Assembly (NCBI RefSeq): GCF_001194135.2
Contig: NC_068982.1
Location: forward strand, 115,282,989-115,346,988
DNA length: 64,000 bases
Direction: 5' to 3'
Source of the DNA: Octopus bimaculoides
Taxonomy: Eukaryota
The number at the start of each line of letters is the position of its first letter. Positions within the stretch are counted from its first letter, which is position 1. The notes beneath the pieces are model-generated. The model searched no databases and was not told the DNA's origin. It saw only the letters and a list, made by a program, of their open reading frames with translations. Positions 38,701-49,900 of the stretch are shown piece after piece. Made by a program: the position numbers and the translations under genes.

Positions 38701-39944
38701 TTGGGTTATAGAGAAATTCTAGTTGACCCCCCCCCCCCCCATGCATATTTTACATCTATGAAATCTTACACAATATTACTACGTATATTGTGTAAAAATA
38801 TAAACATAGCATCTATCAGACCAGTGTTTAAAGAACACACTGGTCTGATTGGTGAACAATTTTAATCCAAGGATTTTCTGTATACCTTATACATATTTTA
38901 GTCATTAGACTAGCCAATGCTGAGGTACCACTGTGAAGAATTTTTAGTGGAATGAATCAACTCCAGGACTTAATTTTTTAAAAACCTGATACTTGTTTCT
39001 TTTGCCAAATTGCTAAGTTATGGGGATTTAAACATGCCAACACAGGTTGTCAAGTGGTGGTGGGGAACACCTATATTACACAACAGGCTTTGGCTGACCA
39101 AAGACTATAGTAGCAAACACCAGCTCAAAGTGCCATGCAGTAGTTGTGAAGAAAACATCTTACCACACAGCCATATCTACCCCTCTATATAACCTCCAAA
39201 AATATATTTGCAACACTCACCTACAGCACTATTTCCTCCAGCTGTTGTAATTGAGAGCAGTGCTGCATATTCCATCTTTCCTTTGATCTTACCAGTCGTC
39301 CCTCTCCTAAAAATGACTTCACACCTGTTCTTCTATCATATGTCTCATCACCTCCCTTCAGTGGAAAGAACTAATCTTGTCAATTACTAGGTGATTCTGC
39401 CAGTGCTATGAATAAAAGAAGCATGCGAGTGTAAAGTGGTTGGCAACTAGGAAAGGCATCTAATTCTCTCTCTGGCTGGTTAGATCCTGTCAAATTATCC
39501 AATCTGTCAGCATGGAAAATGGACATTAAATGATGTGTCCATGTCCTAATAAGTATTGTTGATGTCCAACCTGTGAAAAATGTTTGGCTATGGGAAAATA
39601 TTACCTTGCTTGGCAACATGAAGGGCATCAAGTTGTAGAAAATCCAAGTTAAGGAGTCCTATTTACCCACACGTGTAGGAAAGTGGATGCTAAAGTGTTA
39701 TTACTTTAAATGCATATAATCCACGAAAAGCTGGGTGTACAAATAGAATAGGGTTGTCTCGTTGCACGGCACCTCAGGCCTGTGAGTGAATATAATAGTT
39801 AGTTCCACTGCGTTCATGTGTGTGTGTAAGTGCTTGTACCCCAATTATGATCTGACAAATCTCTATATTCTTGTTTTGCAGATCATCCCAGACCCAACTG
39901 ATAAGCTGAAGTATTTTGAAAAAACCAACAAGCCTAATCAATAA
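18583..39944 (+). CDS. PRDX4: Peroxiredoxin-4 (secretory typical 2-Cys Prx), joined 6-exon CDS, 246 aa
   Basis: join(18583-18736,34381-34498,34747-34863,36486-36608,36697-36862,39882-39944) = 741 nt, all introns GT-AG, phases consistent. Signal peptide, [20 protein letters not shown] (peroxidatic Cys 34757-34759), [12 protein letters not shown] (resolving Cys 36830-36832) and a C-terminal YF motif. Confidence 0.97.
19412..19527. repeat. Small hairpin element: 24-bp inverted repeats around degenerate (TAACCC)n
   Basis: GGCGGAGGTAAAGAATACGCACAC (19412-19435) vs GTGTGCTTATTCTTTACCTCCGCC (19504-19527), 23/24. About eight telomere-like units at 19451-19498. Confidence 0.8.
19588..19798 (+). mobile_element. 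tRNA-derived SINE, family B, full length with TSD
   Basis: Pol III A-box-like TGGCAGAATCG and B-box-like GAGTTTAAATTC. A 22-bp TSD at 19565-19586 and 19799-19820 has 2 mismatches. Confidence 0.85.
20271..20608 (-). mobile_element. tRNA-derived SINE, family A
   Basis: Same body as 20631-20953 (GCCGCAGTCAAATGACTGAAACAAGTAAAAG tail on the minus strand). The head is degenerate. Confidence 0.8.
20631..20953 (-). mobile_element. tRNA-derived SINE, family A, with internal (TA)n
   Basis: Minus-strand head GAGTGGCTGTGTGG..GGTTCAGTCC (A/B boxes), GGCACCTTGGGCAAGTGTC core, (TA)n, and family tail. Confidence 0.88.
22060..22580 (-). mobile_element. RTE-clade LINE 3' fragment
   Basis: Shares the GGATGCCCTTCCTAATGCCAACCAC..AAAAGCACC 3'UTR blocks and the RT end (CCCAGGAAGACATG) with the other copies. 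Confidence 0.7.
22606..22805 (-). mobile_element. SINE family A, 3' half
   Basis: Aligns by eye to the tail half of 20271-20608. Confidence 0.65.
23025..23645 (-). mobile_element. RTE 3'UTR fragments with duplicated internal repeat blocks
   Basis: (CAT)n tail on +, two CTACAGYTGGATGCCCTTC blocks, and repeated GCTTTTTACGTGCCAC units. Confidence 0.7.
25903..26080. repeat. AT-rich fold-back (inverted repeat with 31-nt loop)
   Basis: 25903-25971 pairs with 26003-26080 in blocks of 17, 18 and 26 bp (1 mismatch) separated by indels. Confidence 0.8.
26845..27290. mobile_element. Possible Penelope-like/interspersed repeat fragments
   Basis: CpG-rich, A-rich blocks (GGGCGTCACAAAAAGTAAACAACATGAAATACG..) resemble, from memory, octopus Penelope-type termini. 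No coding signature is visible. Confidence 0.3.
27540..27825 (+). mobile_element. RTE 3'UTR fragment, sense orientation, with (TGA)n tail
   Basis: GTGGTTGGCATTAGGAAGGGCATCCAGC block followed by TTAAATGATGATGATG. Confidence 0.7.
28361..28553 (-). mobile_element. SINE family B copy
   Basis: Reverse complement aligns with 19588-19798 (GCTGGCAGAATTGTTA..CTGTGTTCAAATTCCGCTGAGGTCACCTTTG). Confidence 0.75.
28755..29230 (-). mobile_element. Old Gypsy pol remnant (segment leading into the integrase zinc-binding region)
   Basis: Minus strand [37 protein letters not shown] resembles the Gypsy dGvil..ivIP.slR..vL..LH.aHqG motif. Many frameshifts. Confidence 0.55.
29290..30335 (-). mobile_element. RTE-clade LINE 3' fragment (~1 kb)
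   Basis: Degenerate RT C-terminus (GRGRPRK), 3'UTR, and GCATGGAAAACGGATGTTAAGTGATGATG tail on the minus strand. Confidence 0.8.
30612..30791 (-). mobile_element. SINE family A, 5' half
   Basis: Minus-strand head GTGCAGGTATGGCTGTGTGG..GGTTCAGTCTC with core. Confidence 0.7.
31540..31710. repeat. Unclassified interspersed repeat (family C)
   Basis: The block GTTGTT..CCAGGTCA..CCTGAT..CAAA..CATTCCAGC..TGACCAT recurs in degenerate form near 10625, 19835, 32225 and 42200. Confidence 0.4.
32812..33425. repeat. Long inverted repeat pair in Prx4 intron 1
   Basis: 32899-32987 vs reverse complement of 33299-33387: 77/89 ungapped. An outer ~26-bp pair lies at 32812-32838 and 33400-33425, and the loop is 311 nt. 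Confidence 0.85.
34381..34498 (+). CDS. PRDX4: Peroxiredoxin-4 exon 2
   Basis: Acceptor TTTCTTTCATAG; (I)[38 protein letters not shown](F); donor TT|GTAAGT. Confidence 0.96.
34747..34863 (+). CDS. PRDX4: Peroxiredoxin-4 exon 3 (peroxidatic Cys)
   Basis: Acceptor TTTTCTGTTTCAG; [38 protein letters not shown](W); donor TG|GTAAGT. Confidence 0.97.
35225..35660 (+). mobile_element. RTE 3' fragments in Prx4 intron 3, sense orientation
   Basis: 3'UTR block with (TGA)n tail at ~35385-35405, then a degenerate RT C-terminus. A further 3'UTR copy lies at ~35950-36130. Confidence 0.6.
36486..36608 (+). CDS. PRDX4: Peroxiredoxin-4 exon 4 (GGLG motif)
   Basis: Acceptor TTTAATTGCAG; [40 protein letters not shown](R); donor CG|GTAGGT. 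Confidence 0.96.
36697..36862 (+). CDS. PRDX4: Peroxiredoxin-4 exon 5 (resolving Cys)
   Basis: Acceptor TTCTTCTTCCAG after an 88-nt intron; [55 protein letters not shown]; donor ACG|GTAAGA. Confidence 0.97.
37125..37480 (-). mobile_element. SINE family A, near full length
   Basis: Minus-strand head GGCACAGGAGTGGCTGTGTGG..GGTTCAGTCCC, core, body and tail are all present. Confidence 0.88.
37499..38434 (-). mobile_element. Decayed mariner transposon with multiple internal deletions
   Basis: Minus strand [20 protein letters not shown] (ATG at 38285), [28 protein letters not shown], ..ENGEYILD* (stop ~37559). Ends TTGGGTTAT / ATGACCCAA(TA) are inverted repeats (8/9). Confidence 0.85.
38893..39180 (-). 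mobile_element. SINE family A, degenerate
   Basis: Tail, body and head fragments align by eye with the other family A copies. Confidence 0.6.
39882..39944 (+). CDS. PRDX4: Peroxiredoxin-4 exon 6 (YF motif, stop)
   Basis: Acceptor TTCTTGTTTTGCAG; [20 protein letters not shown]. Confidence 0.95.
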   Translation: MIPDPTDKLKYFEKTNKPNQ

Positions 39945-39972
39945 TTTTTATAGTTTATTTTTAACCATAAAA

Positions 39973-40064
39973 AATAAAATGTTTCTGATTTCATTATCTC
40001 TGATTCTATTTCACGTGCATTACTCTATTGCTCCATTTATAAACTCGGCATTCAACTCAATAAA
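39973..40064 (+). terminator. Candidate Prx4 polyadenylation signals
   Basis: AATAAA at 39973-39978 and 40059-40064, shortly after the stop codon. Confidence 0.5.
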
Positions 40065-40501
40065 ACTTTTACTAGATTATACATTTAAAAATTTTTTTCA
40101 TGAACCTAATTTGAGTTGTTTTAAAGGTTAATATTGGATAATAAATGATTTGTGAAGTGGTTTTGCACAGAAGTTTACTTGCAAAAGCACAAGAAAAACT
40201 GTAAAACTTGCTCATTGCAGTCAATTCTCTTTAGTTCATAGGAACTAGAATTACTACCACACAATGCAAAATTCTTTTTCCAACCACACCTCTGGATTGT
40301 GGCAGCTGCAAATAAGCTAAATGCACATCTGTTGCATACATAATACTCCACTTATAGATTTCATTGTGACAGTTGTATTCCACCTGCCCATGGCAGGGTT
40401 TATATTTGCCTCTGACCACATTGCTTATTATTTGGAGATACTACCCTAGACAGTTTCTAGATCTGACTATTGAAATACACCGATTTTGCAGTCGTCTAGA
40501 T

Positions 40502-40734
40502 CAGGGGTTTTCAAACTGGTCCGCAAGGGCAAGATAGGGGTCAATTTGATTTTATATATGTTTTTCATGGGCAATTTGATCTTATATATGTCTTTTAATC
40601 AAAATCTTTTGACAATAAACCTATTTGTTAAATAAATAAATGTAAAAAAAAAGTTATTATAAGCAAATATTTATGTATAAATTTCATAAGCGTTTATAAG
40701 GGGATCCGCAAGTCAAAAAGCTTGAAAACCCCTG
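40502..40734. mobile_element. hAT (Charlie-like) MITE
   Basis: TIRs CAGGGGTTTTCAAACT / AGCTTGAAAACCCCTG (15/16). The 8-bp TSD GTCTAGAT / GTCTAGGT (7/8) fits the NTCTAGAN target preference. Confidence 0.88.
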
Positions 40735-43700
40735 GTCTAGGTGACAAGCTTGACATGGAAGAAAACTTGATTTTTCATTGCCTTTCACCATATCCATCTC
40801 CCTATTGCTCTTGAGTAATTTAGTGTTTTGACAATTTAGATGCAATTGAGGTTGATATCAACTAAACTCTTCTAGAAAAGTGTTCCAGCATGCCTGCTAA
40901 CTAAAGCGAGTAAAACATGATCCATGCACAGCTTTCTAATGCCACTCTCACACTAACAGAACTCTTGTTTGACATGATATAAAGATCATGAGGATACATT
41001 GTAGAAGTGATTTTTATGTTATATCACTTCCACATATTTAAGATATTGATTCCTGAACATGGATTTTCCGCTCCAAATCTCAATTTATATTCCAGTAATC
41101 TCAGCAAACTGTACGATAATTAGAAAAGCATGATAAGATATGCCTTCATCTACTAAAGTTGATAGAATGGCACGCATCTCCTTCATCCCAACACAAATGC
41201 CTTCAGGAGAAAGCTGAAGAAAATTACCTAACAGGTTTTGTTCAGTTCAAATGTTTTGTGAGGTTTACATCGCTGTATTGAACAGTAACTCATGTTCAGA
41301 ATTGATAACAATCACACTTAATATCTCCCAGTCCAAATTCTCTAATACTTAACACCACTGAATTGTAATAACCACTATGATGCACAAAACAAATGCATGT
41401 GGTGCAAAGAGGAAGGGTCTTTCTAAAATGAGGCCAAACTGTTTCTCATCTCGAACTTCTATTATAATTGCAATATATGCCACAGAAGAAGAAAAACTTT
41501 GCATGTCAACTGATAATTGTCCATTGATTATCACCAAAATAAGAAAATTAGCAATCAATGAACAAAGATCCTGGTAAGTATGTGTAAATTTATTTGGGTC
41601 ATTTCAGTTATCTTGAAATGTAACATGGGTGCGTCTCAACAATATTGACGAAGCACATGGGCAGGACCATCATTGTAATTTTATCAATTATATAATTAAG
41701 TCTCTCATCCTTTAGGGGTCAATAAAATAAGTACCAGTTGAGCACTGGGGCCAATGTAATTGATTTTTCTCCTGCCCCTAAATTGTTGGCTTTGTATCAA
41801 AATTTGAAGTTATCACCACTAGTGTGTCAGCAATTGCTTTTTTTTACACTTCATTGAGACTGACTTTCAACATTTTTTATCATGATCTGCAACAGTAGTG
41901 AAGAATGATTGAGCACTTAATAGAAATATGCGGATAGGCCTGTGCTTAGTTCAGGAGTAAAAGTAATTTATGCATTGGCAGAGATGAATGGTGTGACGCT
42001 AGGAATGTTTGTACACCAGTGCTGGAGATCAGGAATAAAATCTCCTTGTTCAAAAATGTGTACTTCATCTTGGATTGCATATTTTGGCAAAATGTGAGTT
42101 CAGTTTGAGATGTAGCAATTTCTAATAACCTGACTATTGTATACTGTAAGTCAAGACTTTCTGAGAGATGTCTGTGCTGCTGAAAGAAACCAGTTCAATT
42201 GCAGGAAGCTAATTAGCACATTTATGACCATTTGATCTTTGCTCAAGTAAAATGTACCATGGATTACATTATCCAATGTGTCAAAGATATGTTAATATGT
42301 TCAGCTATTTTAGACCAAGATGAAAGCATAGATAACTGCTCAGTAGATATGATACTGCAGGCAGTATTCAATGAAGGAAACTAAAACCCATGAATTTTGT
42401 TGCAACTTAGAATAGTCTACAATTGCCTTTCACTTGAACTGAATGCCTGACCTCTCAGCTATCATATTATATATAAACTTTCAACTGGATATATTACCTT
42501 TTAATGCTGCTTCTGTGAAAGCCTTATGTGTACACATTACCACTCCTTTGATGGGTTGCATACTTTTCATTTAACACCATTTGAAATTTAAGATGTTCAT
42601 ACATCAGCAAGATTTCTACAAGTGACCGCAATTTCATAGTCACAAATCTGAGAACATCCATATATTCATGTTGTGTATTTCAAGTTGATTACAAAGTTAT
42701 TTCATGCTGAGGTGTACCAACATCGAACAAGTGGGTTGGTTAATTTAAATAACAAAATATTATTTTACCCAACTCACCAACTGCTGAATAATGTCAAATA
42801 CTCAGACACTGATTGGCTTGTCATACTTACCATGAAATATAGAAATATGCAATCGAGTATGGCAACCTTCCCAATTGCACCACCTTTTAAGTGATGGAAA
42901 CAATTATTCAACACATTTTGAATTTCTGACCAAACAGCTACCATAATCATTCAGTACATTCTGTTGTCTTTCATCAGCAACTGCCCACATTTACTGAGCG
43001 AGGAGGATGTGTCAGCACTCAATAAGATTTTACTGTGTACTCTATAATCCTCTAAAGCTATAGAATCTGGAACATGACAAAGCTGCCTAACTTTACACAT
43101 CATCACTCTCCACTCCAACTATCATCAATCACACTTCTCTACATTGACAGCATTGAAACATCAATAAAACATCCAACAATGGAGATAATGTCACACATAC
43201 ACTGAATTGTATTTCAATCTGCATTACATCTTTTGAAATGGAAATTTTTACAATTTGAATATCTAAGGACATCCTGTGAAGATGTGAATTTATTTGCCTC
43301 ACTTTGTTACTCAGTTTTAATTCCATTTGTTGCAGTGTTTCTCTTTTTAACATTAAGTTATCTCAGAATGTTCTCATTAATACTATATTGCCATCCCATT
43401 GACACATGCACAAAGAGAAAACCAACCACCTTCGTTCAAATGATATTATCAATCTAGATATTTGTATTTTTTATGATCTCTAGCAATGCCATCTTATGTT
43501 GGTTATCAGCTGCATTTCTAATTTCTGTCATTTATCAGAACATATTTCTTTAGCTTCAAAATTGAAGGCTTTGTAAATCATCTGTACACTAATTTACAGA
43601 TATTTCCCAGGGATTAAACACAATTATCTACTAAATCTATAAAAGCAACTATGCTGCAGTCTGCCTAAACTTTCTGTTACCACATTCCTGTTATCTTATT

Positions 43701-46656
43701 GGTTAACCTCATGCAAAAATCAGGTCAAACGAAACGGATAAGCCAATCAAAAGTATAAGGACAGTTTGTTGATGCAGAGACAGGATTCCTATGCTTGTCT
43801 ACCAGCATTTTGTGTTTTTAATATTTTTTTTTCTATTCTTTTAAAGCCAAAAGAACAAGGTATAGAGTGTTTACCACTAATGTAGTCCTACAAGATCCAT
43901 AAGATTCTGATAGAAGATGAATAATAATATCCAGCAGATGACCCAGACTGCCTTGATGATAAAAGTTTTATTGTAGAAAATGCTAAGAATGTACCTCAAA
44001 GGAGGTGGTGTTGCAGGCTTACTCTAACATAATTTGAGAAACATAAATTTGAATTCTTCTCAAAATTCTAAACAAAAACTGAATTGTTGAAGACTTAAAC
44101 ACTAGGCTCATTCATTCATCATTTAATATCTGTCTTTCATGATGGTATGGATTGAAGGGTTTGATAGCAGAGGGCTGCACCAGGCTCTATTTGTTTGGCT
44201 AGATCCCCTACCTAATGCCAATTGCTTCAGAGTGAACTGAATGCTTTTATGTGGCACAGACACAATTAGATGAAATCCAAGCATTAACTGAACTGACTGT
44301 ATATAGAATGTAGGACTTTCACACCTGAACTTTAGGTTATAATTTGGTTATTTCCTTGCTATGCAGACACTTCAACATGTTACTAATGACAAGAGCAAAA
44401 CAAACACTGGAAAATAAATAGGTGCATCCAATGATAAACAGCTTGCTACAAATTTAGATTGTATTATATTAGGCAAACACAAGGAGTAACTTAATTTCTT
44501 ATTTATATACTATTTGATCACTAAGCAGCTTTTAATGACTAAATGAGGAACAAAATCTATTATGCTACATGTAGCAGCAACAGGATAGATTCTCAATGTT
44601 GCATCATTCACTAAAATATTAGATTTAGTAAGAAATAATGTCATCAGATGTCCATTTCTTGACAAAACCTACACCTTTGTTTGTGGTTTACCAACTCCTG
44701 AATGCCCAATACAAGCGAAAGAAAAGAAAAAAAAGAAGAAAGAAAGTAAACAAGGAGCTGAAACACTAAAGTGGCACTGTAGAAAAAAAAATCTACTTTA
44801 TATATGAAACTATCAGTCCAATGTAGCACATCTATATTTACAATGCATTCACAGGAGGTTGTGACAAAAGCAAGTTGGTTGAGCTCCACAAAAAAATGAA
44901 GCTCACAAGGTATGGTAACAGCCATTTTAAGATTTTTTTTTTTGAATGCTACAAATCCTACATCTTGTTAAATGTCCTCCAAATAAATATTTCATTAGAT
45001 TCATCCTAATAAATTTATCAATCATAAACAATTGCTGTACAAGAAACAAACAATAAAAGCTTCTTGTAACAGGCCTTTAATCACAAAACCATGTGTTAAA
45101 TGTAGTGAAAAGGAAAAAAGTACAAGAATAGTCCTAGTGTAGTACACAAAACTAATCCTTACAAACTAAACAAGGCTACCATTTCATACTACCTGTGTAA
45201 AAAACATCAGTACATAAAAGGTCCCACCCCCTTGTATACGGTTGACATGATTAACAGAGCAGACTAGTTAAAGAAATTCACTCTAAATATATATATATAT
45301 TAGACTTCACCCTTGAAATGTAAGCTCTATTTCGAAAAATGTTTTGGTGCAGCCGTTTCTGTTGGCATAATTTTCATGATGTTTGAAATGAGCAGAATAA
45401 ACACTACTCTTACAAATGATGTTATAGGTAGTAGATTGCTGATTTAATTTTATGAAAATCAGCAAATTCCATTTCGCCAATATTAAGGCATTGACAAATG
45501 CTGTATCATCGACACAGCCGAAACTCAATTCTACAGTAATTTGAATTAAGTCATTCTCAACACGAGCAGTTTTCTAGTATTGTATTGAGTTCCCTGCCAA
45601 CGTCATGCTCTTCAAAATCTGACATAATAGTAGTTTTTCATAAGGGCTGCTCTCCTTACAACTTAAATCACCTTTAACAACAGACTAGTTCAATGACTCT
45701 GGAATCATCTCATGGCAAGCTTACATGTTGCCCATTTCAGATATACTAGGTGTATGTGTATTTCAATTATATTGATGGAAATTTTCAAAATTTCACCTAC
45801 TTTTCCAAAGTAGGTGAACAAAGCTAGCAGTAAAAAGTTGTAATAAAAGAATAACAAAATCTGTGAAATTTGCAATCCTCCTCGCATTACTAGTAATCAA
45901 GAAGTTTATTGCATTGGAAGTAGAACATGAATCAGTAGCTCTCAGTGAGAGTCAGATGGTTCACTTAGGTAACTGTAACAGCAAGCACATTCCGTGTATG
46001 GATGTCTCGAGCTTTGTAAAGGATTAGCAACTGATCAGGTATGAAATCATTTCTAGCATTGAAAACCATTAACATTTTATTGGAGGCTCCTATGAGCAGG
46101 TAAATCTGAGGTATTTTTAGCTAATCTTCCTGACACTATGTACTCATACCCTCAGCTCAATATTTTCTCTTTCTTATCCATCTAGGAGAGGAAGAGCAAA
46201 ACACACATATAACACAAAAAAAGTGGAGATCGGCAACAAATACCATGTTTGGAAAGTAGGAAGAAATAAAACACACCAGATCAGACCATACAAAATTAAT
46301 CACTGCATCATGTGCAGATCTGGAGTTATGGGGCATGGTTGTTTGGCCAACTATTTATTACACCATAAGCAGCTGTAAGCACGATAATAACATATTACTA
46401 AGAAACTACACAATATATAATTTTAGAGTTAGATTTTTGACAGAACAAGTAAATATGGAGTAAAGTTTTGCACAGCCTATAACAATACATTCTTGACAGA
46501 TAAGTACAGGTCTAATGGTAAAAAGAGTCAAACATATTCTTTAATGACATTTATTATCTAAAAGTTGTAAATTATCAAAATAAATCTTTGGTGATACAGT
46601 GTATTTGTGTTGTGTATATGATGTAACTTTCATGGAGACTAAAAGCAAGGTACAGT

Positions 46657-46738
46657 AAAGTTACCTTCTGAGGTCATACCAACTCATAAGGGCTGATTTC
46701 CCCAGTTTCATGGCGTATATATATATATATACATACAT

Positions 46739-46780
<42 letters not shown>

Positions 46781-46938
46781 CCCACTTGAACAGGATACTG
46801 GTCCGTTTCAGGATTACCCATTTTTGCTAGTTGAGTGGACTGGAACAACGTGAAATATTCTGCTCAAGAACATGTCACCTGATCTAGGAATTGAAACCAC
46901 AATCTTACAATGCAATACCCTTACCGCTAAGCCACCAC
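46657..46938 (-). mobile_element. tRNA-derived SINE, third family, with internal (TA)n/(TACA)n
   Basis: Minus-strand head GTGGCTTAGCGGTAAGG..GGTTTCAATTCC (A/B boxes), then a TTCTTGAGCAGAATATTTCAC core-like block and a microsatellite. Confidence 0.7.
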
Positions 46939-49900
46939 TTTCATTGAGACTAACTCATGACGATGTCTCTATTAGGAGCAGTTTGACAAGCCTGTTCTCA
47001 GCTCAGAATTATATATCTGGATTTATATAGAGCTGTTAAAAATTTTTTTTTTACAAGAACCAACTTCTTTTGTATTAGCTTATATGGAGAAAATACTATT
47101 CCACAAGAATTTCTACATAAAACAAGTTGACACTGAAATGGCACTTCCTTCTCAAAATTCAAAGAAAGCAGTATGGGTACAAACACACTGATGGCATTGC
47201 ATAAGCCGATGTTGTAAAGCCAGATAGTCAAATTATTTTGAAATCCTTTAAGTGTTAATTACAGTATATAGCACCCTTAACATCTATGACAATGATTTAT
47301 GACTATAAACATACATTAGGCAGAAATGAAATAGAGAGAGAGAGAAAAAAAAAGCCCCAAAACAATACAACCCAATGTGAAAGAGATAAAGTGTTCCCTT
47401 TAAGCATTGTAGCTGTAATACCAATACAAGGTAAATATCCCAGTGATAACAAGATTAAATAAATAGAAAAGAAGTAATTTGTGGGCAAAGAGGAAGATAT
47501 TGGTTTACAATTTATTTCATATATATATATATATTATATATACATACATACACACACACTTCAACAAACAAACGTAAGTGGTGCAACAACAGATGGAACA
47601 TTCAGAATAAGTAAGGACCTAAATGCTGCAAATCAGCTAACTCAACACCACATAATTTAATGGAGTGGAGTGACGGATGAGAGGAAAATTTGGAAAGACA
47701 CATGAATTTCTAAACATTTGGTCGTACTTTGACTAAGTAGTACACCCAATGAGGTATTGACTTAACTCAAATATTAACAATATTTCAGTCTGCGACTGAA
47801 TATTAGGAAACTCAAGGTTAAGTATGTTATGCCAATACATGTTAAGATTTGATATTAGAACAATATGTAGCATTATATTGAAAATTAGGGAAACATGGCA
47901 CTAAACCTACGAAAGTAAAGCATAAGTTTAACAGATACCAATTCCTGAAAGAAAAGTACAATTGTGAAGGGATCCTATATAATGTATGATGCAGTTTGAA
48001 TAGCTTGCTTTGACATTTACTATCAGCACTCTAAAGAGAAAAAAAAAATAAACAGTGGCAGTCTAAAAGATAAAAATATTTCCAGCAGTTTCAATTGCTA
48101 CAAAAAACAAAACTATGAGGAGCATTAAATTCCAGTGTTAAACCACTTAATTTTGACAATCTTTCAAAACTTAATATCCCTGTATAAAGCAATTTCAGCA
48201 AAAACACAGGTCTTCAATCTGTTACAAATAGCGAACAAAATCACCTTCAAATCATACCTCGATCATCCAACAAAAAAGTGAGCACAATGCAGTCCTAGAT
48301 ACATAAATAGATGGAATAGCTTCACCTGAAGCACTGTTGATGCCAATTGTACTATGAGCTGATTGGGAATTAAACAACAACAACCTAACATTTATCAATA
48401 CGGAGTTACTTTCTGAAAGAATTTGCAGACCTGTAGAACATTGCCAAAAAAATTACTTATAACCCGGTTAACATGATCTAAAATAATCAATACTTTTCTC
48501 ATCATTAAGAAAAGAAATTTTAAAAACCCCACCACAATTATTTATAAGTGCACTGCATGTTGACCTACACGGAAAAATATCCATTCAATAAAATACAATG
48601 CTCTACATTTTGTTAATACATCAATCTCTTAAACGAGTTAAGCTTTTGCACTTTTATCTATAGCAGGCAGGATGAACCTCTATTCACAATTGCTTAAGAA
48701 TAAATACAAAACTGTCAGAACATTATTTATACAGACTGTCCAAGGAATTCTAAACACTTTTACATCTCACATGTGTGCATGCACAAATATGCAGAGTAAC
48801 ACGTGAGAGCTGGCTCTCATGAGAAGTATTTGAAATACCAAACCCATCCAGCAAATCCCACAATTATAAAAAAAAAGAGAATCATAAAACTTAAATAAAG
48901 ACACACACACAGAAGAAATTCTACCAATTCTGATGAAACAATAGAGGAAGAGAAAAAAAATTAGAGCAATGACAATACTGAATACAATCAAAACCAAGAT
49001 TTACAACAATAAAACTACTGGCAGAGATAACTTTGATTTCAAATAAATTTTTAATCACTACAAAAGCAAATTATTCTTTTGCCACTAATTATCCCTTCCC
49101 TAACTTACTGGACTATAGAACAAAATCAAGAGTACATCAGATAAATATCAAGAGCTCTTTTCCAACAATATTGCTCACAGGACATGCCTATATAAGTTAG
49201 CATATTATGATCACCACCAACCAGGCACTAATAAAATTTAATTGCTGATTAGTGCAGATTTTAACATGCAATAACACTGAGATCCAAAAGCCATGGTTTG
49301 GCAGTTTTATAGAAAATGAAATGATGCACCAAAGGAGATTTAAGGGGCCAATAAGATATTACAAATGGGCATTTCTTCCTTTTTCTTTTATACGAGATGA
49401 GAATGTGTATAAAAATCATATATTTCTTATAGATATTTGGTTTTAATTTCAACTGAAAATTGAAATCTAACTAAAACTAGCTAAACTGAAATTGTAATAA
49501 ATAGAATACAAGAAACATAAATAAGTAGCACATTTTGGTTGGTTAAGTGTTGTGTTACTTATCACATCATTAAATAGTAAAGAAAATAGCACATTGCTGC
49601 CAGCAACAGAGACTTTGCGAAAGTGCTGAACACTTTGCTAACCTGCAATTAATTGATAAACAACCTTTACTACAGCTGTCAATTAAACATCTCATTTCTT
49701 TTCTAGAATCTAGCCCACATTTAATGACACTTAAAAAAATCTAATTTAAGCTAAATAGAGAAAATTAATTTGTTCATTTTATTCTTAGCTATGACATATC
49801 TTTTTGCTAATACAACTTTCAAAATATTGTTTACTATATCCCTTCAATATAAAGATAAGTTACAAACTGAAAGGGAGAGTAAGAGAGTTTTCAAAATTTG

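Noticed and set aside
39882-39944. Absence of a KDEL-type signal as a novelty
   Set aside because: Prx4 proteins normally lack a C-terminal retention motif and are retained through partners such as ERp44.
41377-41577. Plus-strand 66-aa ORF ending at the donor CTG|GTAAGT
   Set aside because: No recognisable domain, no clear upstream acceptor or promoter, and no partner exon found.
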